Source of the DNA: Squalus acanthias
Taxonomy: Eukaryota
Assembly (NCBI GenBank): GCA_030390025.1
Contig: CM059432.1
Coordinates: 73,596,001 to 73,660,000, forward strand
Reading direction: 5' to 3'
DNA length: 64,000 bases
Positions 49,079 through 61,335 of the stretch are shown piece after piece. Positions within the stretch are counted from its first letter, which is position 1, and each line of letters starts with the position of its first letter. The notes under the pieces are model-generated. The model was not told the DNA's origin. It saw only the letters and a list, made by a program, of their open reading frames with translations, and ran no database searches. The position numbers and the translations under genes were made by a program.

Positions 49079-52000
49079 GGGGGAAAATCCTTAGCACCTC
49101 CCGTTATCGTCAGCAGATGGCACTAATGAGGTGCTAGACCAGTATCACTGGGCGAGGCAAGTCCAGCGGCACACACCAAATTCCGCCTCCCCCCGTAGCG
49201 CCACCAGTGAGAGGTATCGCCGGGAACGTCAATGCCAGGTGGATAGTGACTTCAGTGAGTGTGCAACGCTCAATGACCGCCCGATCTGCTAAATTGATTC
49301 TTGCCACTTACCTTAGTGCCTGGAGTAAACACAGACAGGGAGAGCTGGCGTGAAGCACCAGGAAGCCACCTCCAGGGACATTATTTAAAGGGATCATCAG
49401 TAATCACTCGCAGCTGTCAGGTTAGTGCAGTTTCAGTGGTTTCTTGTCAGTTTCACATACTGCAACAGTTTCATTCGGTAATTTCAAGGTTCTTTTGTAT
49501 CAGGAGTCTTGTGGCAACTAAAAAGTAACTACATTTATTCTTCAAAGAATCAAACTGCTACACTTGGTAACATTAATGGGGCTGTACTGGCAGTCGACCT
49601 CACCCTCCAGGATCTACGGTAGAGGGAGTGGAGGCAGCAAGAAAGACTGGAACATGTGCCCAAAGGAAGAAGAGTGCCATCAGGCCTCTCAACAGGAGGC
49701 CTTACCCTCCGAGGGTATTCTGAGAGCACTGGCGCTCGGAGACAAGGGCTATCCGCTCTCCACCTGGCTCAGGACTCCCCTCCGCAACCCCAACACTCCT
49801 GCCCAGCACTCATAATAAGAGCCATGCTGCCACCAGGAACATCATCGAGCAGACCATTGGGGTGCTCAAGCAACGGTTCCGCTGCCTTGACCACTCGGGA
49901 GGAGCACTCCAGTACTCGGCTGAGCAGGTGTCCCATTTCGTGGTGATCTGGTGCATGCTCCACAACTTGGCCATCATGAGGGCCCAGCCCTTGCCACCAG
50001 GGATTGCGAGACCATCTCAGGAGGAGGAAGAGGGAGAGGAGGATGAGGATGAGGATGAGGATGATGAGGATGATGAACAGGAGCGAGGAGGAGGCAGCCA
50101 CTCAATCGGCCTTCCGGACTGCCTCATCAGACTGCAGTTCAAATGAATTAAGCCTCAGATCCCCATTGCTCACCACATCCCCATTGCTCACCACATCCCC
50201 ATCATTACATCCCGGTCACAGGCCATATCACAGCGCAAAGCTGAAATGGGTCACACCACAAAAGAATACAAACTGAATTAATAAATTTATCATAAATCAG
50301 TGAACACATATTTACACCAAAAATATTAACTGCTCACCCTTGTGCAATCCCTTAGTGCCTGCCGTTGCTGTGCCTTTGCCTACTCTAGTGCTCCTACGTA
50401 GTGTTGGCCCAGTGGCTGCAGCAGGGCAGCACCTCAGCATCCCTAGCAATCTGTTGGAACACAGATTGCTGGACTGCTGCGACACCGTGAAAGCCCCGGT
50501 CGACGGTGGTAGACGCAACCACGATGGCAGCAGTCAGAGCTTGCGTGGCATCAAGCTGAGACTGTATGAGAGCAGTCTGAGATTGGATGCCACCAAGCAT
50601 AGACTGCATTACAGCACTAAGACATTGCGTCACTTCCACCTGTGCTGCAATGGAAGCTGCCAGATCACCCATCACACGCAGCATCAGGTCTGGGTCACCA
50701 TGGTCTCTCTGGGAGTTTACCATCCTTTGCAGACTGGTGTGCGTAGAGCCTTGTGCAATGTTGGACGTGGACTCCGTGTGCATGACTTCTAAACGCTGCC
50801 CCATCGAGGTCCTCATCGGAGTCCTGTGCAGCAGAACTCGCCCTTTGGGGAGCTGGCCCCCGAGCTAACTTTTCCCCCTGGCCTTGCTGTAGCCCACTCA
50901 TCCCTGGTGCCTCACCCTGTGCAGATCCCGCTACTATACTAGCCTCTAAAGAACGCGTAGTGCCAGTATCTGAGCTGGTGCCTGCGGGTGAGACATGCAG
51001 TGACGCGGTGTGTTCTTCCTCCTCCTCTTCTCCCGCCTCGCTCTCTACCGTGCCCTCAAGGACAGGCTGATCAGGTGCTTGCTCATTATCTGAAAGCATA
51101 AAGGCACAAGAGTCAGGTTAAGGTGAGGGAAGGGGGGCAGGAAGGGTGAAATGCATGCATACAGCATGATTAGCTGGAATGTGCAAAACGCTTGTGGGGT
51201 GAGGGGAAGTGGGATGTGAGAACAAAGAGTAGGGATGAACATACCATTGTTGTCCCCAAGAGAGTCAATTTTGCCAGTGGCCACGGCACCCAATAATCTG
51301 CAGCACTCGATTCTCCAGCACAGACAGTGGTTGAGTGTCGGCTTGTCCCCCGCCTGTGCGCTCCTGCTCCCTGCTGTTGTGAGCCACCTTGGCCTGCAAG
51401 AGAAAGGAAAGTGTGAGAGTGAGTGTGGAACAATGTGTTTGGCTGATGTGCCTGCCATAGTTGAATAGCTGTCATTGTGTGCAAGGTGTGAGATGTGGGT
51501 GTGAGTGTTGGTAGGTGGAGATTGTTGGTGGGTGAGTGCTGGGGGTGTGGTGCTTTGGGCAGTGTGTGAAGACTGTGGTTCAGACGGTGGTATGTAGCAT
51601 TTGTTGAAGCATTGACTCACCCTGACCACCTGAGTGAGGGCATTAAATTTCTTCCTGCACTGTGTGGGGGTCCTGGGGACCACAATGCTGCCCGAGACAT
51701 GCTGCACTACCTTTCTCCACATGGTGCGGAAGACTTGTGACTACGGCCTCCTGCCACTTGCCGGGTAGACCACCACCCTCCGTCTCTCCACAGCAAAAAC
51801 CAAAGCCTCCAATGCTACATTGCAGAAACTGCTTCTGCTTCCGCTTCCGCTTCCGCTTCCGCTTCCGCTTCCGCTTCCGCTTCCGCTTCCGCTTCCGCTT
51901 CCGCTTCCGCTTCCGCTTCCGCTTCCGCTTCCGCTTCCGCTTCCGCTTCTGCTTCTGCTTCTGCTTCTGCTTCTGCCCAACCAGGAATGCTGAGCATGAG

Positions 52001-52225
52001 GTGCTGCAGCATCAATGAACCTCCCCTTTAAGTAGTGAAAAAAGCCTGTGGCAATCATGTAACACCAATGGGCTTGGGTTTCAAGACTTGAATTAGGACT
52101 CCAATCATTTGTTTGAGCAGTGAGCACGAATTTTGTGTGCAGTCTAAAGCATTAGCACCTGCCGCTAATTCTCTAACTTTTCTACTGACACCGCCCATTC
52201 CTTGGCTATAACGAATTTCTAGCCC
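49079..52225 (+). mobile_element. Harbinger element D nested in C (deleted transposase +, Myb gene -)
   Basis: TSD AGT (49076-49078, 52226-52228); right terminus GAATTTCTAGCCC; transposase relic ~49600-50146 ([29 protein letters not shown]); Myb exons to 51621, 51393-51245, from 51089. Confidence 0.85.
51831..51974. repeat. Hexamer microsatellite (GCTTCY)24
   Basis: 1 GCTTCT + 18 GCTTCC + 5 GCTTCT units counted directly. Confidence 0.97.
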
Positions 52226-52228
52226 AGT

Positions 52229-52313
52229 GCACACATCAAAAAGTACCTCTGTAAAGCGCTTTGGGATGTCCAGTGGTTGTGAAAGGCGCTATATAAATGC
52301 AAGTCTTTCTTTC
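52229..52313 (+). mobile_element. DeuSINE/L2-type 3' tail fragment
   Basis: TGTAAAGCGCTTTGGGATGTCC...GAAAGGCGCTATATAAATGCAAGTCTTTCTTTC, same tail as 9704 and 37209. Confidence 0.8.
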
Positions 52314-52420
52314 ATGACTCCCCTCCGCAAGCCCACCACTAGTGCCCAGCACTCATATAATGAGAGCCATGCTTCCACCAGGAACATCATTGAGCAGACC
52401 ATCGGGCTAGGTGCCATCGA

Positions 52421-53200
52421 CCATGAGCCAGGTGCAGTGTGGATAGCCCTTGTCTCCGAGCAGCCACCCTCGGGTTTCATGTGGTGGCTGGAAGATTGGT
52501 AGCACACCAGACTGATGCAGGATGAAGGCATCATGGCTGCTGCCAGGATAGCGGGCATTGACCATCAGGAAGCCCTGGGCATGGTCACACACCAACTGCA
52601 CATTAATTGAGTGGTAGCTTTTGCGGTTATGGAAGATCTCAGGATTGTTATGCGGTGCCCACAAAGCCACGTGGGTGCAGTCGATGCCGGCCTTCACCAT
52701 GGGGTAGCCTGCTATCCTGGCAAAGCCACATGTGTGCTCATCCTGCTTCTCTCTGCTCAGAGAGAAGACAATGTAGTCCCTTCTCCTGGTGTAGAGAGCC
52801 TCAGTTCCTCTCGGATGCAGCGATGGATGGGGAACTTTGAGATGTTAGCTATGTCTCCTGCTGCAGACTGGAAGGATCCACTGGCGAAGAAATTGAGGGC
52901 CACGGTGACCTTGACTGCCACTGGGAGAGCCGTGGTCGCCTTGCTCTCCGGTTGCAGGTCTGGTTGCAGGAGGAGGCAGAGTTCTGTGACCACCTCCTTG
53001 GTGAAGCATAGCCTCCTAATACACTGCTTCTCACTTAAGTCGAGATAAGAGAAGTGCTCTCTGAAGACCCTAGGTGGGTAAGGCCTCCTGTTGAGAGCCC
53101 TCCTGGCCCTCCTCCTCCCTCTGCGCGCATCTTCTCTTCTTCGCTGCCTCCACTCCCTCTCCCTAAGATACTTGTGCGCGAGGGGTCTGCCAGTAGAGCC
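52421..53200 (-). pseudogene. Harbinger transposase of element C, N-terminal two-thirds; the next segment is inverted at 52314-52408
   Basis: ELCLLLQPDLQP...ALPVAVKVTVALNFFASGSFQ; GIDCTHVAL...FHNRKSYHSINVQLVCD...YPGSSHDAFIL...WLLGDKGYP. Confidence 0.9.
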
Positions 53201-53771
53201 CCCATGACTGTGAGCAAGTGTTGTGAGCAGAAGCCTTTAAATAAGAATGAAGGCGTTCTCCACTTGCACCAACACTCCCTGTTACCTTAGAACCTTGAAA
53301 GAAGTTAATAAAGCTGCTGGAAATGCAGAAAGTTCCACAGAGCCAATCAAACTGCAGAAACATATCAGGTGCAACTAGTTGCTGATGATTCTTTTAAATA
53401 ACGCTGCTGGAGCCTCAATCCTGCTTGACAATGCTTGCTCAGCTTGCCGCACTTAGGTAATGCCGGTAAGTTGAGCGCCGAACTCCAAAATGGCAGATCA
53501 GGCGTCAGGTGAGCGTTGCACACTCACTGATGTCATGATCTGCATAATCTTCATATCCCTCGCGAGCGTGGACATTGGCAGTGCTGCCAGCCATCTGAAA
53601 ATGGCGGCTGCTGCGGGCGTAAGAGCGGCGGCCGCCATATTTTCACCCGAATCTGGCGGTAACGGGTGGCGCTAAACCCCCAAATTTCTAGGCCAGAGAG
53701 TCAGTCTTCACAGAGTTGTCTTTTTCCTATATGTTCATACCTACTCACCAGGGCCTATACATGAAGATCTT

Positions 53772-54489
53772 GGGCCATATTTTGCGACCCCTACGGGTGC
53801 ATACAAGGTGCGCATGCGCCTGTAGGGGCCGCGCAAGTTCCGAGTTTAGGCATGCGAAGTGCATGCGCTAAAACCCGGAACTTGCGATCTGTCAAGTATC
53901 TTCTTGACAGATCCTTCGCATCCCCAGGAGAAGGGCCTCTGCGGGTGGAGAGTTGCACTATTTGTCCAACTTGTTTTTGCTGAATGCCTGTGAAATTCTT
54001 ACGCCTGGTAAAAGCAGGTGTAAGGCCTGCTTTTACCAGCATAAGAGTTTTAAAAAATAGAAAAATAAAATTTTATACATTAAAAACCAATAACATTTAT
54101 TTTTAGCACCGTTAAAACATATTAAAAAAAATTCAAAAAATTAAATTTTCATTTAAAATATTTAATTAAATGGCATTTTAATTAATGTTAAATATGTAAT
54201 TTTAAAAATATATATTTCATGTGTTCGTGTATTTTTTAAGTGATCCCCATTCATACTTATGTGAGCTCAGTACGTACGGGGAGTCCCTTCTTTTATTGGT
54301 TGGTGCAGCCCACGTGATCTCAGGAGCGCTTGCGAATCGCATTCTCCCCTGGGATATGTGGGCCTCTGCCCGCGCGTACCCGGAGAGGCCCAGGATCGCA
54401 TATCTCCCAGGCCACCAGGTAAATGCGTAGATTTTTTACAGATCAGAGGCATCCACCCGCAGGAAGCCTCTGATCGCAAATTTTGGGCC
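53772..54489. mobile_element. Harbinger-type MITE with an AT-rich core
   Basis: TIR GGGCCATATTTTGCGA / TCGCAAATTTTGGGCC; TSD CTT. Confidence 0.8.
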
Positions 54490-54821
54490 CTTATTTAGAC
54501 TTTTTGGAAACGTCAGTGCCTCTCAAAGCTGTGCTTTAGCCCTCCCCTGGAGGTTATTGGGGCACACTGCTAGCTGGAAACCTGCAGCCCACTTCCACCA
54601 TGAAAACAAAAATGTTTTGCCTCTGGATCGTTCCAGGCAGCAGCAGGTGCTCTTTGCCATATTAATCAGGTGGCTGCTCACCACTGCATCAGGATAGTCA
54701 CTTATCCTTAATTCAGGAGGGCTGCACAATTGCTATCCTTCCCAAGTAAAAAGAGAGAGTAATTCAGTTCTACTGACTGGCAGGGTTCCCACGGGTACAA
54801 GGAGCAACTGACGGAGTACAT

Positions 54822-55653
54822 GGGCTGGATTTTCATTGACCCGTGGAGGCGGGTTTGGAGGCGTGTGGGGGGTTAAAGTTGCAAATTCGGGGTCCCGACC
54901 CCATCCCGCCCCCAACCCGCCTCCATGCCAGTTTCGCTGGAGGCGGGTACCCGACCTGTGCTGGGACCCGCCTCCCCGAGGCGGGAAGGGGATTAGTGTC
55001 AATTAACAGGTAGTTAACAGGCAGTTTTTTCCCTACTCCCTATTTTAATGGCTGAAATGTGGGCTTCCCGACAGGTCCCAACCACACCGTTTTAGCAAGG
55101 CGGACCGTGGGTCTGCAGGGGTTGGAGGGGTCGATATGTCCGGTGGGCAGGTGAGTGATGGGTGCATGTGTGCAGAGGTAAGTGTGTAAGGTAAGTGTAA
55201 AGTGTGGGGAAAAGTTTTACTTACCTTAACTTCCTCCTGCAGGTGTCAGCCCTTCAGGTCTCGGAAGTCAGAAATCTCACCAGCACAGAAAACAGAATGG
55301 CCGTTGAGCTGTCAAAAGTTGCAGCCTCTGTTTTCTGTGCTGGATTGATTTCTAACTCAGCCTGAGAGGAAGGACTCAAGTTAGAAGACAGATTGTCAGT
55401 GTTTGACAGCTTCACAGAGCTGTCAAACGCTGATATTTCATCTGTCAGAAGCTCTTGACAGATGAAATGTCAATCTGTGATGTCACCTGTTGCTGGGTGG
55501 CCCTTAATTGGCCTGCTGAGCTCGCTGGGCGGGCTCAACAAGGTCAATCAAGTGAAAATACAGTGGGTTGGCCACAAGTCGATGGAGGCGGGACTACAAC
55601 CCAAAAAGTGGGAGTCCCGCCTCCATCACGTCCCCAGTATCAAAATCTAGCCC
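54822..55653. mobile_element. Harbinger-type MITE (family of 18914-19738)
   Basis: TIR GGGCTGGATTTT / AAAATCTAGCCC; internal similarity to the reverse complement of 18914-19738. Confidence 0.75.
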
Positions 55654-55679
55654 TAGGTGTCTCTCAAAGCCCCATATGA

Positions 55680-56570
55680 CAATCCTTCAATTTTATAAAC
55701 AGGAAAGGCTTTCACTCCATTAATATCCAGCTAGTGTGCAGTGCCAATCACCTTATTTTGCATGCAAATATCTACTACCCAGAAAGTTGCTATGATGCTT
55801 TCATCACGTAATGATCCACCATCCAGCCCTCCTGACTCAAGGTCATGTATCAGGATGGTTGATTGGTGATCAAGACTGTCCCCTGCCGTCATGGCTGATG
55901 AATTCAATAAAACTTCCACAGACAGATGGGAACAACAGATACAGTGAGGTCCACAAGAAGTGTCATAGAGCAGAATGTAGGAATTCTCAAATCCCCTTTG
56001 AGGTGCCTGGATAAATAAAACATAGGCAGTCATAGAATCATTGTACAGGAAACTCTTTATCGGCACCGACGGGACTGGCGTGGTGCCGGTTAATCAAAAA
56101 GTCCAGATAATGGAGAGTTATATCTCCCAACGTACGAGAGCCCCGTACACATTGACATGCGCCTGCATTCGGAGCTCCGTCTCCCCGGGGACCGCCAGCT
56201 GACCATCTGTCGTGTCCGCTGCCTACCCGGGCTGCACATTCCCCTCCCAATCTATACGCTCCGATACAAGGCAAACGCCTCGGGGGTTTTTTTTAAGTTA
56301 ATTTTAAACGAGAGATGAAGGAAAACCCCGGTTACCTACTCAAGAATTTTGCCGGTTAAGAGAGATTTCCGGATATTTGGGTGCCGGTTAATAAAGAGTT
56401 TCCTGTAGCTTGCTCCGTAATACATAATATTGTAATGAAGAAAGGCTTGCTGCTTTCATAAGGTGAAAGGGAAGATGATGATGAAGAAGGCGGGGGAAGA
56501 CTTCCATCCCCACAGCACAAAGAGGGTGCACAGGCAGGAGAGGATGCTGAACAGCAACCAGAGAAAGAAG
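55680..56570 (+). pseudogene. Ancient Harbinger transposase fossil interrupted by a Tigger-like MITE
   Basis: NRK.FHSINIQLVCSANHLILHANIYYPESCYDAFI...GWLIGDQDCPLPSWLM...; after the MITE, CSVIHNIV and an acidic stretch. Confidence 0.75.
56046..56405. mobile_element. pogo/Tigger-like MITE related to 18225-18648
   Basis: TIR CAGGAAACTCTTTAT / ATAAAGAGTTTCCTG; TA TSD; subterminal blocks shared with 18225-18648 in reverse orientation. Confidence 0.85.
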
Positions 56571-56825
56571 GGCACAACTTATAGCACGGTGCTTTCAATG
56601 AACGAGTTGGCAGACCAAATAATATCATTTCACACCTGTCTGCTCTATCCCCGCTCAGAAAATCATTCACTATCAAAGCTGTCTGCTTTTTTCTTCATAA
56701 GACAGAAGTTTACCTTTAGCCTGCTATCAGCAAGCGTACACAGAAATGAACTCACAACTCTATATGGTCAAACAGCGTTTACTTTGCACAGAAGCAATTT
56801 TCAAGTGGTGCCAACAAACACATTG

Positions 56826-57025
56826 GCCGGAATTTTCCTTACCTTGGTGGGTCCGGTGCGGCCGGTGCCGGTGGCGGGTCCCGACCCCGCTGCAGAAAAT
56901 GAACTTACCTTGATGGGGCCTATTAAGCCCGCCCAGAGCGTTACCCGGCCCAATGAGATGGAGCAGGTCTGGTGACGTCATTCATGACGCGTTTTAAGCT
57001 GGATCCTTAAAGGGACCCTGGCCAC
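56826..57025. mobile_element. Solo Harbinger terminal fragment
   Basis: Starts GGCCGGAATTTTCC; similar to the reverse complement of 40570-40780. Confidence 0.6.
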
Positions 57026-58044
57026 ATTAGATTTTATGTTTAATGTAACATAGTGGGTGTTGAATCGTTACTGTACAATAATATAATAAAAATTATGTAT
57101 GAGTGACAAAAAAATATTTAAATAATATTATCATTAAGTAATATGACTCCATCTACAAATACGATCAAGAAAATAATTAAGAAAGTACATAATTAAGAAA
57201 ATACATTTACTGGGAAGTTATTGGTGCTTTAGTCACAAATCTATAGACTTTTGTATCAGTAACTGGTACAAATAAAAGATGTGTGTGTATAGGTAATACA
57301 TAAAATGAAGCAGATTTTAAATGTAATAGTAAAGGGGTAGATTTACAATCTTATGCAAGTTCAGCGGAAGAGCTACGGAATGCCTGACAAACAGTGTAAG
57401 TGTTGCTTACAATGTGTTTCTGGGATTTCTGCAGCTCTTCCGTTGAAGTTAACAATGGACGAGTGAGAGAACCTCCACAGAAATTCACCCTAAAGTATCA
57501 GACTGAAAAATTAAATTAGTCATATTCAGGGACTGAAAGCAAATTGAACCAGTGGAATGAGTGATGAGAATGAAATTGTTACAGTTGATGACTTGATTTA
57601 ATCTGTAACTGGACAATCACAGTATACTGTGAGAAAAACCTGACCAGAAACAAAACAAAAATTTATTTAAATGGTATATGTCATTTTTTACAATGCAGAT
57701 CAATTCACTGCAATTACTGTTGAATTGGAAAGCAAGAGCTGAGAATGGCCAGTGAAAAATGTATTTCCCTCACCATCCAGGGTAGCACTTACATCCCTTC
57801 AGGAATTTCTGAATTAACATTTACCAGTAGCTTGAACAGAATCTCCATCAATCTGTTAACTGATTTAATCAGCATGTTTTTATTTTGGTTTGTTTTCCAT
57901 GCTGTCAAGTAATCAGCTGGAGCAATGGCCACGGAACTCACGCCTCAGACATGGATCCCGAGCTGTGTGAATCCCGTGGCCATGCAGGGTAATTTAAAAA
58001 GTAGGGGGGAAAGGCTCTTAAGTGCCTGTAAACTAGCTTATAAT

Positions 58045-60483
58045 GGGGCCGATTTTCCCACTGCAGGCGGGATGGAGGCGGGTTTCGGTTTGGGTGGGTT
58101 TGAAACCCACCTCCACTGATAGTTTTCAAAAAATTGCGATTTTCCCCTGATTGGCCACTTGATTTGAGAGGTGTGGGATGCCCTTGGTAAATTGATTGGG
58201 GAATGTCACTCAAAGGGTTGACGGTGGATAGGCAATGGCAAACATTCAAAGATCGCATGAATGAACTACAGAATTTGTTCATCCCAGTTTGGCATAAAAA
58301 TAAAACAAAAAAGGTGACTCAACCGTGGCTAACAAGGGAAATTAGGGATAGCATAAGATCCAAGGAGAGAACATATAAATTGGCCAGAAAAATCAGAAAA
58401 CCTGAGGATTGGGAGCAGAATAGGATTCAGCAAAGAAGGACAAAGGGATTAATTAAGAGGGGGAAAATAGAGTATGAGAGTAAGCTTTCAGGGAACATAA
58501 AAACTGACTGTAAAAGCTTTTATAGATATGTGAAGAGAAAAAGATTGGTGAAGTCAAGCGTAGGTCCCTTGCAGTCAGAATCAGGGGAATTTATAATGGG
58601 GAACAAAGAAATGGCTGACCAATTAAATACATACTTTGGTTCTGTCTTCACAAAGGAGGACACAAATAACCTCCCAGAGATGTCGGGGAACATAGGGTCT
58701 AATGAGAGGGAGGAACTGAAAGAAATCAGTATTTATAGGGAAATAGTGTTAGGGAAATTGACGGGATTGAAGGCCAATAAATCCCCAGGGCCTGATAATC
58801 TACATCCTAGGGTACTTAAGGAAGTGGCCCTAGAAATAGTAGATGCATTGCTGGTCATCTTCCAAAATTCTATAGACTTTGGAACAGTACCCATGGATTG
58901 GAAGGTAGCTAATGTTACCCCACTATTCAACAAAGGTGGGAGAGAGAAAATGGGGAATTATAGACCGGTAAGCCTGACATCGGTAGTGGGGAAACTGCTG
59001 GAGTCCATTATAAAAGATGTAATAGCAGAGCACTTGGAAAACAGTGACAGGATCGGACAAAGTCAACATGGATTTACAAAAGGTAAATCGTGCTTGACTA
59101 ATCTACTGGAATTTTTTGAGGATGTAACTGGTAAAATAGATAAGGGAGAACCAGTGGATGTGGTGTATTTGGACTTTCAGAAGGCTTTCGATAAGGTCCC
59201 GCATAAGAGTTAAGTTAAGGCACATGGGATTGGGGACAAGGTATTGACTTGGATACAGAACTGGTTGGCAGACAGAAAGCAAAGAGTTGGAATAAACGGG
59301 TCTTTTTCCGAGTGGCAGGCAGTGACTAGTGGGGTACCGCAGGGATCGGTCCTAGGACCCCAGCTATTCACAATATATATTAATGATCTAGACGAGGGAA
59401 TTGGATGTAATATCTCCAAGTTTGCAGACGACACAAAGCTGGGTGGGAGTGTGTGCCATGAGGAGGATGCCGAGAAACTCCAGTATGATTTGGACAGGTT
59501 GGGTGATTGGACAGAAGCGTGGCGGATGCAATATAATGTGGATAAATGCGAGGTTATCCACTTTGGTGTCAAAAACAGGAAGGCAGATTATTATCTGAAT
59601 GGCAATAGATTGGGAGAAGGGGAAGTGCAACGAGACCTGGGTGTCCTTGTGCACCAGTCGCATGCAGGTGCAGATCTCTCAGACAACCTCTCGCGAAAGT
59701 CTCAGCTTCCTTTGGCACTGCTGCTCACTCATGTTGAGTTAGCTCATCCTCTGTCTGTAAACCCTCTGTCGGGGGTATCTCCTGCGTAGAGGTGCCTCGA
59801 TGTGCTGGCGCCTTCTGCCCTGTACAGCATCAGGTGGCTGAGCAGGAGGTTGGGGCTCCTGCTGCTGTTGCTGCTGAGCTGCCTGGTTCTGCTGCTGCCC
59901 TGGATGCTCCTCATCCGAATCTGAGGTCCATGGTGAAAGAAAATGAATGGTTCCCATGCTGCTTGCAGATGCCTCCATTGGGGAAGCACTCATTTCAAGC
60001 GGGGAGAGGGTCTTCCAAGGAGGTCCCACAGTTGATAGATTCAAGCTGCAGCACCTCCGACTTCGGAAGGCCTGCTAAAAGTGCTCAAAGAACTTTTAAA
60101 GCAAAGTTCTGCCACCTGAAACTAATCCCTGATGAAATCTCCGATTTAATGTTGGACCTGTAGCTGTGAGGAGACCACCCACTTGTCAACCTGCCAGGTT
60201 TAGCTGGCGTGGTTTAGGAGGGTCGTGGAACATGCCAAAATGTTCGAAAAATCACGAGGACCTCTCAAAATAGGCTGAGAGAGGCCCTTAACGAGCATTT
60301 AAGCCTCTTAACAAGCTTTCTGGCCAGCTGGAGGCGGGACCGTTTCCCGCCCTGCAAAACCAGCACCGGCAAAATCCCGCGGAGGCGGGTTGGAGGCGGG
60401 TTCCAAACCCGCACTCATTTTTTCCGATTTTCCCGCCTTTCCCGCCTCCAAACCCGCCTCCTCGGGCCTCAGAAAATTATTTC
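58045..60483 (-). mobile_element. Harbinger element whose interior is replaced by a CR1 fragment
   Basis: Ends match the 42131-42408 family; flanks AAT/AAT; transposase N-terminus on the minus strand, APLRRRYPRQRVYRQRMS*LNMSEQQCQRKLRLSREVV (~59830-59665). Confidence 0.8.
58193..59660 (+). mobile_element. Internal CR1 ORF2 fragment lacking a 3' tail
   Basis: QPWLTREI, KSPGPDNLHPRVLKE, NYRPVSLTS, KFADDTK; stops at RDLGVLVHQS. Confidence 0.92.
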
Positions 60484-60522
60484 AATTGGGTCCCCCGCCA
60501 CTGCAGGCCGGGTTGGCTCCAT

Positions 60523-61124
60523 GATAAGAACATAAGAACATAAGAAATAGGAGCAGGAGTAGGTCAATCGGCCCCTCGAGCCTGCTCCGCCATTCAATAA
60601 GATCATGGCTGATCTGATCCTAACCGCCAATCTACTATCTATCACAGAACCATCTCCTGCATCTAACAGAATTGCACACACGAAATAGGAGCAGAATCAG
60701 GCTACACAGTCCCTGGGCCCGCTCCACTACCCACAGGGCCATGACCGATCCGAACCTAGACTCATGTCCAAATTCCTGCCCGCTCCCCGTAACCCTTAAT
60801 GCCCTTTACTTCTAGGAAACTGTCTATTTCTGTTTTAAATTTAATTAATGTTGTAGCTTCTACAGCTTTTTGTGGCAGCATATTCCATGGACCTACCACC
60901 CTCTGAGTGAAGTAGTTCCTCCTCATCTCAGTTTTGAAAGAGCAGCCCCTTATTCTAAGACTATGTCCCCTAGTTCTCGTCTCACCCGTCATCGGGAACA
61001 TCCTCCCCGCATCCACCCGATCCAACCCCTTCACAATCTTATATGTTTCAATAAGATCGCCTCTCATTCTTCTGAACTCCAATGAGTAGAGTCCCAATCT
61101 ACCCAACCTCTCCTCATATGACCA
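60523..61124 (-). mobile_element. CR1 3' end with two tandem 3'-UTR modules
   Basis: ORF2 C-terminus ...GYGERAGIWT* (60762); a diverged tail at ~60760-60680, then a canonical tail at ~60625-60523 ending (TTCTTATG)n. Confidence 0.85.
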
Positions 61125-61335
61125 CCCTGTGGAAAAGGTGTGTGGAAGCGAGATGACAGCGCGTTCCCGACCCCCTGTCAAAAATAACAACTTTCCCACC
61201 CGACCCACCACCGATCTCGCCCGCTACCACCCCGGAATATTCAAGCCATTCACTCTGTAAGCTCCTCCTGGCATCTTGATGGCACAGAAATCTTCTGGAC
61301 TATGACAGTCTCCAGGATGATCTGCAAGTAGTGAG

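Larger units (their letters stand above)
45860..53694 (-). mobile_element. Harbinger element C (Myb gene on +, transposase on -), containing nested CR1, Harbinger D and a SINE
   Basis: Left terminus GGCCTAGAAATTGGATATGGCC matches the reverse complement of the 17577 end; right terminus AATTTCTAGGCC at 53683-53694. Confidence 0.8.

Noticed and set aside
51815..52015. ORFs with (AE)n, (FR)n or (GS)n repeats
   Set aside because: These are translations of the hexamer microsatellite, not independent genes.
57334..57491. Possible small Harbinger MITE (GGGGTAGATTT / AAATTCACCCT, AAA flanks); similar case at ~10817-10991
   Set aside because: The TIRs are too short and degenerate to support a confident call.
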